Shown: positions 1 to 39,452 of the stretch, piece after piece
Position numbering within the stretch: the stretch's first letter is position 1
Layout of the letters: the number at the start of each line of letters is the position of its first letter
Assembly: GCF_006345805.1 (NCBI RefSeq)
Contig: NC_043006.1
Location: forward strand, 36,642,001-36,706,000
DNA length: 64,000 bases
Origin: Octopus sinensis
Lineage: Eukaryota
Direction of reading: 5' to 3'
Program-made: the position numbers and the translations under genes
The notes under the pieces: generated by a model
The model's database searches: none
What the model saw: only the letters and a program-made list of their open reading frames with translations
Told to the model about the DNA's origin: nothing

Positions 1-1053
1 GCAGAAATGTTAAAATACCTCATTAAATATAAATGCCTTACAGTATTTAAGTTATATATTGCATTCAAACCTTGCTATGTTTGACTTTGCCTTTCACCCT
101 TTTACTGGGTGATTAGTCAACTGTATCCTTCTCCTTCACAGTTTTCAGGTCATGAACCTTTATAAGAAATCCTTATGGTTAGATATATCATACACATCCC
201 AGGAAAATATACATACATACACACACTTTTTGTGCAATAAGTTTTTATGTGGGTTGGCTAGGTGGCAGAATGTAAAAATGGTTGAGATATACCAAGTTTA
301 AGAATAAGCACACATCAACAGCTTCAGGTACATGCCCCATTTTTGCATCCTCTCTACCTATCTCTTAATCCATGCAAGAGATAATGGGATTAAAGAATGG
401 AGAATGCTAAGAGCCAGATAGTTCAAATAATAACAATTTAATGCATTATTTAATTTTTCTCTTCCCCTCTCCCTCACAAAATTAGTTGGGAATTTTATGG
501 TGGTGGATGAAGGGTATAATTAATTTTTTATATTTAATTAACATCTTATTTTTATTTATATTCTTGCCATCCTTTTAAAACTTTAATGATTGTGATGTCT
601 GTTTCAGTTTGTGTGAAAATGTTTTCTTTTCTCTTTTCTACCTTTCAACCCTAATAAAATGTCTCTCAAATACTCTGCTATTTTTATGCTAAGCTAAATT
701 ATTCACATTTGATGCTTTTCTTGTTCAAGTTCAGATATAAGCATACATGCACAATCATTGCATAGTTACTTCACACACACACACACATCCCATACTTCAA
801 TTTTTTTTTTTTTTTTACCAAAAAAGACAGATTTCTAGGATCTATGTCTGTTAATTTCCTATTCTACTACTTCCTTGACCTCAGGCAATTTTTCATTCTA
901 TTCTTACCCACTTTCTACTGTTTCATGTTTCCCTCTCATGTGAGCCGAGAAGACCCCCCCCCCCCAACTATTCCCATCTAGATACCTGGCAGTATTCAAA
1001 TCTCACCAAAGATAACTTAATCTTTCATTTGATAAAATAAAGTACCATTCAAG

Positions 1054-1300
1054 TACGAGGCCGATATAAATCAACTATATGATCCACTAAAATTCATGAT
1101 TATATATACTTATGTTTAGAAATCAATATTTAGTCATGTCCCTCTAAGTTCACATTCTATTAGGGTCCACTTGACCTTTCAAACTTTCACAGCCAATAGA
1201 TTGGATTACTTGCACCAATTCAGTCAATTATCCTCCTCCCTGCCACCACTAATTTGTGGTTTTGTGCCAACCATTAAAAAATCCTTATTTACAAATTCAT
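1054..1300 (-). mobile_element. Possible old mariner 3'-end remnant
   Basis: TACGAGG-type terminus and a CELRG-like tail on the minus strand; highly decayed. Confidence 0.35.
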
Positions 1301-3039
1301 CTTCAATAGTAAACCTAAATAATAAGTTGTATCTAAGTGGTGATCAATTAATTACTATTAGCTTTGAGGGACATGAAACAGTTTTTAATGGCAAAGCTCA
1401 AAGGAGATAAAACTATAAATAAGAATGTAAATATTAGGTTAAAAATATATCCGTTCAATGGAAAAGATGAAAATTTCTCAAAAGGACATCTGTCATGTTT
1501 ATGAGACGACGTGGGTCCAAGTCCTGATGGAAAAAGTTTTAAATATTTTTCTATCCAAGGTTTTGAGGGTTTTTTTTTTTTTTAACCTAATATGCTACAC
1601 ACTATTATTTATAGCTTTATCTGCTTCAAGTTCCACCATTAAAAGCAATTTATTACTATCAACTTCATTTTATTTGATGAGTTGACTGTTTTTTTTTAAT
1701 AAACAATAGCAATTTTTTTCTCTAACTAAATCTGGAAAAAAAAAAGCATCTTTTCGATGCTTCTTTCTCTTTCTCATTCAGAATTATAAATGATTAACAT
1801 AAAAAGGTGAGTTGAACTAAAGTTTGACTCAAAACCATTATATGACAAATACGTAAATTATCCACGTTATTCTGCAACCATTAATAAAACAAACATTTTA
1901 ATGCATCTTGTAAGTCATTTAGTTCCCCCTTTACCCCTGCCAAAAACAGATTCTAAGGACGTGCAAAACCTCAGCTTAAAAAAAAAAAAAAGAGTTATTC
2001 CCCTTTAAAATATTTATTTATCAAAGTTATTTCTCTTTACCCCCCCCCCCAATCCTACCAATCACCACGTTTTATTTATTTTCCTTGACCCCCCCCCCCA
2101 CTTTTTTTAATGAAAAGGTATAATCGGATATATAAATAACTTTATTAGTTTTCATTTAATCAACCCTCAGCAAGAGTTTGTTGAATGAAATGTCTCCAGA
2201 GCTGACTGCTTACTGTTTTGTTTTTTTTTACTTTGAAAGGGCCCTAAGTACCAGTGATATACTGTAGTCAATTGCACCCTCTCCAACAAATATTGATTTT
2301 ATGCCTTATCGAAGGAAATCAGTAATCATCAGAAAACTCTACGTGAATATATGCAAATAGAAATCTTGTACGTGTGTGTGTGTGTGTGTATAGAATTTTA
2401 CAACTTAATACATGTAGTTGATTTTCGTTTGTTATTCACAGCAACGAAATAAGAAAATCTACATGTATTATGTATTGATTTTGTCTTTCTCATCTATAAA
2501 TTCAGTAACACAACTAATGGTGTCCCTAAAATAAACAACTAAATATCAAAAAAGAAAATTTATTTCCCTATGCACTGTAGCAGCGTGGGCATAATCTGTG
2601 CCTGTGCAGGTTTTATAAATTTCCCTGAAATTGTGGTAAACTCTTATGTTGCTTTAATTCTTCTCTTCAATGAGATTATGTAAAAGAAAAAACAAACAAG
2701 ATTTCACTTCTCCTGGACATCAGGTATATCTTTTGGTAAGTGAAGTTACCAGCTGTAGTATTTAATGCAACAAGAGTTAAACTTATCTTGAAGCTATTGT
2801 CATACTTCAGATTAATGTGACAAATCTTTGTAGGCATATGTGTGGTTGTGCAATATTACAAACATAGATATGCAAGTAAATATACATACGTATATACGCA
2901 CACACACACTCAACTATTTCTTATTGTATGTATGACACATGCTCACTCACTTTTGTAAGTGTAAATTCAGACATACATACACTTTTAAACACATTTATTG
3001 TATGCATAAACACACAAATTGACACTCACCCATCATTCT

Positions 3040-3070
<31 letters not shown>

Positions 3071-3469
3071 GCATATATATATATAATTAAATAGATGCAC
3101 ACACAAACATATCTATGTAACTATTTCAAACCTGAATCATGCTTAAGGCTTCTGTCGGGAAATGTTTTTTTTATTACTAATTTAAATTCATTTCTCCCCA
3201 TTGAGGTAACCAGAATGTTTTTCCTTGCAACAACTGTTTCAACCTATAAAAAAAAAAAAAGGTCTTGCGACTTTTACTAAATGTTATTTATATTTTATAC
3301 TTATTTTTTCATTAATTGTGAAGCCTTCTTGCATGCAGTTATATTTTTTTAAACCCATTCATTCATGCTATTATGATTATTACTTTGTATATATTTGACT
3401 AAATGTGTGTGTGTGCGCAATGAAATCTCTACTCTTTTGTCTCAATGAACCCATCATATATATACATAT

Positions 3470-4016
3470 ATATAGGAAAAATAGAAGTTGCAAATGCTCT
3501 GAGAATAGTTAAAATATTTTTATTATTAATATATTTAAAGATTTAACCAGTTTCAGTTTACACTGATTTTCAAAAACTTGAAATAGAAAGACATGGTTTA
3601 TATTGCAGCTGTCTTGCTTCTGAATAGTGTTTGAAGCTTGCCCCTATTTTTATAGGGAGTCCATGGCTCAAATTACTATATTTTGATTAGGATTTTGATT
3701 GGTTGAGGATAGTCTGGTCTTAGAAATGTTTGTAATGGAGGAACCTACAAAAATTTCTAAGACCAACCACATGACTATCATCTACCAATTAAATCCTATC
3801 CAAAACATACTAATTTGAACCATGAACTCCCTATAAAAATAGGGGCAAGCTTCAGACACTATTCAGAAGCAAGACAGCTGCAATATAAGCCATGTCTTTC
3901 TATTTCAAGTTTTTGAAAATCAGTGTAAACTGAAACTAGTTAAATCTTTAAATATATTAATAATAAAAATATTTTAACTATTCTCAGAGCATTTGCAACT
4001 TTTATTTTTCCTATAT
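3470..4016. repeat. Large near-perfect palindrome (fold-back element, arms about 260 bp)
   Basis: ATATAGGAAAAATAGAAGTTGCAAATGCTCTGAG... mirrored by ...CTCAGAGCATTTGCAACTTTTATTTTTCCTATAT; inner arms more diverged. Confidence 0.9.
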
Positions 4017-4029
4017 TTCTACCCATGTG

Positions 4030-4060
<31 letters not shown>

Positions 4061-6424
4061 GCTGTACAAATGTCTTGTTTTGGTCTCTACTGCTGGTTGT
4101 AATTGTATTGCTGTTGATCACATCATCATCATGGAAACCTGACTACATCTCTGAGCTTTCCATTTCCAAGATAGTCTCTTTATACATCTATTCATTCACA
4201 GTTGTTCTGGCTTTAGTTTTAGATTTAAGACATTAGGAATCGCTGAAGATGTTGATGGCAAGTTTGCATGGTGCAGTTCCATCCTTCATCTTGTTTGACT
4301 CTCCACAGGAATTATTGTTCAATTCAGTACCAAAAACCTAACAAAATACAATTTTAGTGTACTTACTGAAGTGAGTTGTTCCGACACTATGGTTCCTATT
4401 TACAGCTAAATGGACTTAGGTGGGGTGCTGAGAGCTGTTTTACCTACATGCACAACACTAGTGACCAGTGTCTAACATCAAATACAAGGTTACTGTGTTT
4501 AAGACCCCATGACTAACCCTGCTCCTTCTTAAGACAGAAAGATCATATTTGATCTGTATGACTTTTGTGGTGAATTAAGGAATTTGTTTCCTCATGAAAA
4601 TATTATGGTAGATAAATATAGCACCATTGCAGTCTCTAGCTTTCTTCCCATTGCCTCAGTAGCTTAATCACTTAGGTTACTGATGTTGTTTTGCCAGTGC
4701 AGCACTAGTCAACATTTCATTGCTGCAACAAGCAGAAGACTTGCAGCCCCTGCTCTGTAAGATATTAATGTCATCTCTCTCTCTTTCGTCTCTGTATATA
4801 TTTATATATAGAAGGAGAGAGTATGTTCTATCATCAGTTGAGTGGGTAAAGTAGCATTGAGCTGTGTGCTTGACTTCTCCTTGGCCTGTTGTTTTCACAG
4901 GTTATAGCCTTTGGTCCCATCAAGAAATTAAAGCACAGTTGAGAGAACTCCTGCACACATGTCCACACAATATTCATGGTACCAAGGCACATTTATTTCA
5001 TATCCCTGCCACACTTCTGCTTCTACAATTAAATGCCTGAGAGCAGAAATTAAGATTTAAAACGTTAAAAACAAAAAGTGTTTGCATCCTGCTTTGAGTT
5101 AGAAAGTTAGGTTAGAAAATATAAATTGAAACAGTGACATATTGTAGTGAGATGAAATAAAGACAACTATTTCTTAGGCAGCAACTGAAGCTGAAAGATT
5201 AGTCCTCACCCATGTAGAAGTTATGTTATTCTTTTGTTTTTTAATCACTGTTTCAGTCCAGATCAAGTAGACTTGTGATTAAAGGTGATCTACCAATCTA
5301 GAAGTACAATATCTTTTTAAGATGGTAGGGTGTAATCTGAGGGACATTTGGCTGAAGACAAGAAAGTTGACAAGAAATGCAAAAGATTTTGTATGAGATT
5401 TCAAGTCCAGTAAAAGAAGAGGACAATTGTACTTGTTCTCAAAAAGTTGTGCTAAGAACTTGTCTCAGACATGTTTTATTTCCTTTTTTGGAGGTAAAAG
5501 ACCGAGGCAGTGTTTAGAAGCAAACCAAACTTTTCTCATTCAATACTGTGTCCAATTAACACAACAACACTACATAGAAATTTTCTTTTCTGTAGCATTT
5601 GTGCCTGCTTATTTTGCAAGGGTTTGGCGCAAATCTGAAGCTATATAAATGACCAAGTTTATTTATATGAAGAAAGCCATTCTTTTTCCTCTTCAATGAT
5701 CAACCATGACATACTTCTCCTTTCCTCTAAATGTGTGTGTGTATATGTATATATACATACGTATTCACACCAACCCAATGACTCTGTTAAATGTTGTCTC
5801 TAAGTGTTGTGAGAATCTTATCCAACTGATTTCTGTTTATCAGCCTATGAGAATTATGTAATTCATTCTTATCTCATTGATTTGTTTTTTTGTTTTTCTT
5901 AATCTTACAACTTAATTCATCAGATTTTAATTTTATCATCACTTCATTTAAAACAAGTAAAGAAAAAAAAGTTTTTAAAATTATTGGAAAAAAAAAAACT
6001 GGAGCTTTCTTCAATTGTTTGTCTTATTGTTCAGGATTTTTTTTTTAAAATTGTATTTGAAATATGAACTTAAAACCCTGAAATTGTCTGTAACTCTCTT
6101 TTCCCCAATCTTACAAACAATTTAATATTGTTTAACCTGAAGGGAGCTCTCAGTTTAATAACCCTTATATTGTATTAATATATTTTTTCTTTAAATTTTT
6201 TTTATAATTTATATATATTTAGGGATGTGTGTGTATGTATGTATGTTGGTGCCACCATACTTTTCAACAGTTCATAATTAAAACAACAGAACAAAGATGT
6301 GTTCGTTAGTGTAACCTAAATGTCCAGCTAATCTCCTAGATGTAGGATGGCCAATTAAATGACTGGAATTTATTGAATAAACATTAAAATTATGCCAACA
6401 AAAATGTGTTTTTGTTAATTATTT

Positions 6425-6805
6425 TACTCTTTTACTTGTTTCAGTCATTTGACTGCAGCCATACTGGAGCACCACCTTTAGTCAAGCAAATCAACCCCAG
6501 GACTTATTCTTTGCAAGCCTAGTACTTTTCTATTGGTCTCTTTTGCCAAACCGCTAAGTTACAGGGACATAAACACACCAGCATCGATCGGTTGTCAAGC
6601 AATGTTGGGGGGACAAACACACGCACACATATATATACATATATACGATGGGCTTCTTTTAAGTTTCTGTCTAGCAAATCCACTCACAAGGCTTTGGTTG
6701 GCCCAAGGCTATAGTAGAAGACACATGGCCCAAGGTGCTACGCAGTGGGACTGAACCCAGAACCATGTGGTTGGTAAGCAAGCTGCTTACCACACAGCCA
6801 CTCCT
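6425..6805 (-). mobile_element. SINE family A (other minus copies near 20582-20800, 23070-23225, 29500-29895, 33870-34170, 57825-58207)
   Basis: Same head and tail motifs; boundaries approximate. Confidence 0.8.
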
Positions 6806-7076
6806 GCGCCTAAAACTTTTTTTTGCCATTTCCCCCTCATGTTCATTACTTCCAATGTACATTATTAATGTAATCCTTGTTCTTACCCTATGTTGTGAGC
6901 TCAAATCCTTCAAGGGCTGTGTCTGCATTTCATACCACTTAAGGGTCAGTATGTACAAGTTAAATATTTCTGTTAAAATACATTGCCCTTGTTTCAACTG
7001 ATTTTGAAAATACTGAAGAATTGAGTAAAATAACTGTCATTATTAAGCTGGTGTTTGGAACATAAATTAACATATA

Positions 7077-8148
7077 TTGGGTCATCCCATAAATAATAGG
7101 TTTTTTTCAGTTCCATGAACTGAAAGTCAGAGGGGGATAGGATAAACTACCTGCATCAACTTGCTATAAAAGCAGGTAGCAATTTTACCTTGTATTTATT
7201 CTTAGTTTTGAAGAGTGCAGTTCAATTTTTAACAATTATTTTTTCAAAGCTATAATGGAAGTGAGAAAGGAACATATTTTAATTTATGATTTCAGTAAAG
7301 GCAACAATGCAACGAAACGTGAGGAATATTAATGCAGTATATGGGGATTGGACAATAAACGTAAACCAGTGTCAATGATGGTTCCAGAAATTCCAAGCTG
7401 GAAACTACAGCCTAAAAGACGAGTCTCATTTTGGAAGATCTGTAGAGCTTGACAAGTTTAACTGTGCACAGAGTGAATGTGTGCTCTTCTTCACTGTCAT
7501 GTCTCATGAATGAACTACTTTTGGACCAAACAGTGACTGGTGATGAGAATGAGTTCTCTATAAAAACGTCAAGTACCAAAGACAGTAGGTAGAGAAAGGA
7601 GAAACACTGGCATTCCAAGCTAAAGATCTTCATCTACGTAAGATGTCGTTATCTGTTTGGTGGAATATGAATAGTTTAGTCCACTTTGAACTTTTAAATG
7701 CAAACCAAACGAGATCTACTGCAAGCAGCTTAAGTGGCTTAAGTCAGCTCTAGAAGAAAAACAACCATCTTTGGTTTCAAGACAAAAGGTGTTCTTCCAT
7801 CAGGATAATGCTTGGCCACATATAGCGAAGATGACATTCCAAAGGCTGGAGCAGTTTGAATAGAATACGATGCCCCACCCATCATATTCGCTGGACATTG
7901 CCCCAACTGATTATCATTTATTCTACAGTCTTCAAAATCATTTGGATGGAAAAACGTGCGAATTTTGTAGATGAGATTAGAACAGTACTGAAAGAGCATT
8001 TTTTGTCATGGACAAGTGAATATTGGAAGAGGGGCCTTGCAAGTCTACCAGTGAGATGAAAGAGCATTGTAAAAAATAAAAGAATATATTTCAGATTTAA
8101 AAAAACGTTGAAAAATAAAACAAGTATAAAAAAACTGGAATGACCCAA
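7077..8148 (+). mobile_element. Degenerate, internally deleted mariner transposon
   Basis: TA-flanked TTGGGTCAT termini. Broken transposase pieces: EVRKEH..KGNNAT..WFQKFQAGNYSLKDE and EHFLSWTSEYWKRGLASLPVR. Confidence 0.85.
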
Positions 8149-10167
8149 TAATGTTGATTGAAGGTTTCAAATCAGACCTACTTAAAACAGGAACAGTCAT
8201 GAATGACCATGGCATTGCACCTAAAAAGTTACAGAAGACCAGCAGTCAGCCATGTATACCAGCCTCCCCTCTCCATGCCACTGATGTTATCCAAGGGAAA
8301 GGCAAAGGACCAGTAACATTGCATCTTATTTCTACAGAGTGAGCTGGAGCAACATGAAGTAAAGTGTCTTGCTCAACACATAGCCCAGTCCAGGAAGTGA
8401 ACTCTCTACATCATGATTGTGAGCCTGATGCCCTAACCACTGAGCCATGTGCTGTCACTGAACCAGGGTTAGGCTAGTATCAAATTGGCTGAGAACTTCT
8501 ACATAGTTTTTCGCTCACTAATGAAGCCTCAGTGTTGTCCCTATCCTTAATAGAAAAAAGCAGTTAAATCCCCTCAAATCAATCCATCATAAGGAAAAGT
8601 ACATCAGATACTGTAGATCTAGATATACACTATGTCTACATAAATGACAAGATGGTTCTGGTTGGACTATCACTGATCATAGGTTTACTGGATTAGCAGG
8701 GTTGATGACAACTTACTGTAAACAGTAAAACCCCTAAAACACTTTATCATCTTTGAAATGGAGACCACACACATTTTAAATCTTAAATTATGGCACAGCC
8801 TATCTCTACAAGAACACAAGGATCTCGTGACACCAGAACATTAAGTGAATGACGCTTCAGTTATTCCCTTGCCTTTTTACCATAGATCTACACAAGCAGA
8901 GTTGAATGGCGCTACTTGACATTTAAACACAACTTTTCTTCTCAATAAAATAGAGTCTCTAGTAAAAGTAAGTCCGTAATCAAATGGTTACTAATTTCTG
9001 AGAGCCTTTTAATATTATTTAAATAGCAGAATCATTAGCATGTTGGTCAAAATGCTTAGAGGCATTTCGTCCATCTTTACATTCTGAATTCAAATTCATT
9101 GAGAAAGATTTTACTCTTCATCCTTTCAGAGTCAATAAAATAAGTACCAGTCATGCGCTGGGGTTGATATAATTAACTTAAAGGTTCCTTCAAAATTTGA
9201 AATAATTAAAATAAATATCTACCTGTCTGTTAATTCTCTCCATTCTTCTAGGTTGAACCGATTATTGATAATATACACACCACATAACCTCAAAGGAAAA
9301 ATTAAGAGAGGCATCGAAGGGGCTATACACACTCTGTGCACACACAAGGATAAAATAAAATTTAATTTAATAATCTCATACGAATTTGTATTTCAACAAA
9401 ATGACATCAAGAATTATTTCCACTCCTTATCATTTATGCATATGTATCAAAGAAAAAAAAATCATTTTGATTCACCCGTCCATCAGTTTTGAAGATAATA
9501 AAACCAAAATTTAATGAGTTTTGAGCTACTCACCCAATGAGTATTTCTTCTAAATTTGGTGAAAATCTGTTGAGCCGTTTTCCAAACAAGCAGACAAAGA
9601 AAAGCCCTTGCTTTGCTTACGTGCACAGGGTTAATAAATCAATCTCATCAAGGATTACATTGAATCCAATTTTTTTTTCAAGATTGTTGAGTAAAATTTA
9701 AGGAAATTTGGCTACCATTTCTAGCAGGTCAAGTAACAATGTAGAAGTTTTCTCATTAGCTCAAGTCAAATTATTTTCTTCATTGGGTAGGAGATCAAAT
9801 CTTGAGAAGTCTCCTAATTAACTGTACTAATCTTAATTACTGCTGGTAAATTTATTGGCTCTTGAATCTTGGTTGTACTCCCCACTACATAGCAATGAAT
9901 AGATTTTTTTACCTCAAATTTATTGTAAGAAGGAATATAGTTAACTGAATTAGCTCAAATATAGATCTGGTACTTTATTTATCGTAGAGGCAAGAAAGTC
10001 AAAGCTAATGCAAAGCAAAATTTTTTGATTCAAAACTAAATATGTCTGCAGTACGTCTAAAATTGTTCCATTAAATATGCACGTAGTTAATCTAGCACAG
10101 TACCACTTCAGCTAGTTCACCACCTTCTGCACTTAGCAAATTAATACCATTTCCATTTTTCTATTAA

Positions 10168-10387
10168 CCCTTTTGTTACCAACCCGGCTGAAACTGGCTC
10201 TGGCTCTGAGTACAAATGTCTTGTTTTCATAAGTTTTGATTTAAAGTCTTCCACCAAACCTTAGTCACAATTTATGTTCCTAACACTAGCTTAATGATAA
10301 CTAAGTTATTTTACTAAATTCTTTGTTATATTTAAAGTAATTGAAAGAAACACAGAGCATCTCAAAATTAATGCAGTAACAAAAGGG
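10168..10387. mobile_element. piggyBac-type MITE
   Basis: TTAA|CCCTTTTGTTAC...GTAACAAAAGGG|TTAA. Confidence 0.85.
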
Positions 10388-10816
10388 TTAATCTCCAACC
10401 ATCATCAGAAACCGTATCAGATTGGATTCAAACTCAGAACTTTTATTCCTAAACTAAGAATAGTTAACACAAATATCAAACTCAGGCATTGATGCTTGTA
10501 AAATGATGACAAATGGAGATGAAGCCAGTTAAGACAAAATGCCAGCAAGGAAGGCAGATGTTAAACGATGATGATGTAAATTGTGAGGGAATTTTTTCAT
10601 CTCTGAGCTTGATGTTAATAAAGAAACCAAAGAAATTATAATCATATTAACAATAAACTCATCTCAGATATTTAGATATTTAATAAGCTGTTAAACAATT
10701 AGGCAAACAGAAAATAGAAAATTGTTGAAGCATTAGCAGTATTATGTGTCTGTTTATAATAGTTCTTTAGTATGGCCACGCTCATACTAGAGCACTGCTG
10801 TCTAAACACATGCATA

Positions 10817-10854
<38 letters not shown>

Positions 10855-11082
10855 AATCATGAAGGGGAACAATAACTTATAAGTTTCTCTGTCCACCTGT
10901 TTTTTAAGTGTGTGTGTGTGAGCATGCATACATGTGTTGCGAAATAAAACAAATTAATTTTAATGCTAAAATATTCATTAGATAAACAACCAACTGTTTT
11001 TTTTTTCTTGTTTTTTTTTAATTTAGTGAATAAATTTTAATTAACATTGTAATATGAGGAAGAAAAGAAGACCGACCTCAGA

Positions 11083-37161
<26,079 letters not shown>

Positions 37162-37280
37162 TTTCTGTAAAAATTAATAAAAATCAAAATTAAAATAATA
37201 CAAAATCAATAAGTAATTAGCCAATAAAATACAAAAAGGTAAACAAAGAGCGTTTGTAATTGGAAATTATTTGTTTTATT

Positions 37281-38172
37281 AGAGTGAAAGGCAGACTGCA
37301 TGATGCCTGTGTGAGAACAGCCATGCTACAGCTGTGAGTGCTGAGGATATGCATAGGCATGTAAGAAATGAAGCTAGTATGCTTCACTGAATGTGTAATG
37401 TCAGTGTACATGCACGACAGAGTGTAAGCATACTGAGAGAAAAGTTGGGCATAAGAAGCATCGGATGGGGTGTGCAAGAGAGACGACTGCACTGGTATGG
37501 TCATGAGTTGCATATGGATGAAGACAGCTGTGAAGTGCCGCATTCTAACGGTGGAGGGAACCTGTGGAAGAGATAGACCTAGGAAGACAAAGCACGATCT
37601 TCAAATGTTGGGCCTCACAGAGGCAATGGCAAGCCACTGAGACCTTTGGCGATATACCATGCTTGTCTAGACATTTCATGCCAAGTGAGATCGTACTCAT
37701 GGGCAATGCCTGTGTCAAGTAACTGGCCTGATAAAAGCACACTTCAATCATTGGGCGATATGCTGTGCTTGTGAAGACCTGTTGAGCCAAGGGAAATCAT
37801 AGTCATGGCCGATGCCAGCACCATCTGACTGGCATCTGTGTCAGTGGCACATAAAATTCACCATTCGAGTGTTGGGTCTCGACAAGGTAGTGACAGATGA
37901 CCAAGACCTTTGGCGATACACCATGCTTGTGTAGACCTGTCAAGCCAAGTGAAACCGTAGTCATGGCCAATGCCAGTGTCAGGTCAATGGCACCCATGCC
38001 AGTGGCACATAAAAAACACCCACTACACTCTTGGAGTGGTTAGCATTAGAAAGGGCATCCAGCCACAAAACCCTTGCCAAAATAGAACAGAACCTATTGC
38101 AGCTCCCCAGCTTTCAGTTCAACAGTCCAACCCATGTCACCATGAAAAGCAGATGTTAAATGATGATGATGA
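37281..38172 (+). mobile_element. Degenerate RTE LINE 3' portion just upstream of the GAPDH ATG exon
   Basis: MCNVSV..REKLGIRSIGWGVQERRLHWYGH; modular UTR; (GAT)n tail. Confidence 0.85.
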
Positions 38173-38269
38173 TCAATAAGGCACTGTAAGGGCAATGAAT
38201 TGGAACAATAAGTAAAGCACTCGGCAAAATGTTTGGTGGTATTTAGTTAAGTCCCTTTATCCTTTAACA

Positions 38270-38472
38270 TTCAGATTACTCTGTTAAATGCAATGCTTAT
38301 TCACATTGTTCTGAATTAATCATGGATTATCTTAGCATTTGAGATTTCTATGACAGTGTTTATTTTTAGAACAGCCTTGTAGGGTAAGTGTGAGAGGCTG
38401 GATCTGGCTAGCTTGAATATAAATTAGGTAGAATAGTTGGATCCAATATGACCGGTTTAAATGCTAAAGGGT
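38270..38472. mobile_element. Second piggyBac-like MITE family (related copies near 12960-13180 and 54130-54365)
   Basis: CCTTTA(A/G)CATT...AATGCTAAAGGG ends; shared GCCAGATCCAGCCTCTCACAC-like core. Confidence 0.55.
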
Positions 38473-38549
38473 TGATGGTTTTTGTTGACTTTGCCTTTCA
38501 TCCTGAAATCAATAAAATAAGGACTAGTGTAGTAGTGGAAACTCTCCCT

Positions 38550-39452
38550 CTCCTTGAGGCAGTGAAATGGCAGTAGAGTGTGGGATAGAAGGTCAATAAA
38601 ATACACCAATCTGAGATGGTGGATAGGTAGGATGCAAGAAAATTGGATTGAACAATTTGTGATATCTGTTCCTGCTCTTTGTGTTCTGAATTCAATTCCT
38701 GCCATGGCCTTAAAACCACACTATTGCAAGAATTCAGGCCAGGTCTCTTGATTTGAGGATAGCAACCCTCTCACAGTCTTGGAGGCCCTGCAAAATGTCA
38801 TGGGCACTGCCTTCCTTCATGATTAAAAGATGAAAATAAGTTCAAATTTGTGGCCTATGTCTGTTAGAAATCATTATTAGTCATACCATCTTGTTACTTA
38901 CTACAACTGAGTTCTGAGATCATGTATACCATATTCTTGATAACAATGTATATTAATTTACAAGAGTTAGATCACTGACAGTAAAATTTTCTATAGAATG
39001 CCTCCTTGAGGCAGTGAAATGGCAGTAGAGTGTGGGATAGAAGGTCAATAAAATACACCAATCTGAGATGGTGGATAAGTAGGATGCAAGAAAATTGGAT
39101 TGAACAATTTGTGATATCTGTTCCTGCTCTTTGTGTTCTGAATTCAATTCCTGCCATGGCCTTAAAACCACACTATTGCAAGAATTCAGGCCAGGTCTCT
39201 TGACTTGAGGATAGCAACCCTCTCACAGTATTGGAGGCCCTGCAAAATGTCATGGGCACTGCCTTCCTTCATGATTAAAAAATGAAAATAAGTTCAAATT
39301 TGTGGCCTATGTCTGTTAGAAATCATTATTAGTCATACCATCTTGTTACTTACTACAACTGAGTTTTGAGATCATGTATACCATATTCTTGATAACAATG
39401 TATATTAATTTACAAGAGTTAGATCACTGACAGTAAAATTTTCTCTAGAATG
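38550..39452. repeat. Direct tandem duplication, period 452 bp
   Basis: 38550-39000 vs 39002-39452; about 6 substitutions by eye. Confidence 0.95.

Noticed and set aside
2408-2468. Pre-miRNA-like hairpin
   Set aside because: Large asymmetric internal loop; no recognisable mature miRNA.
9618-9628. TACGTGCACAG, a hypoxia-response-element-like site downstream of GAPDH
   Set aside because: A single short motif is expected by chance in 64 kb; no conservation evidence.
10959-10964. ATTAAA (minus) as the GAPDH polyadenylation signal
   Set aside because: Plausible but non-canonical in very AT-rich sequence, with no clear GU-rich downstream element; needs 3' end data.
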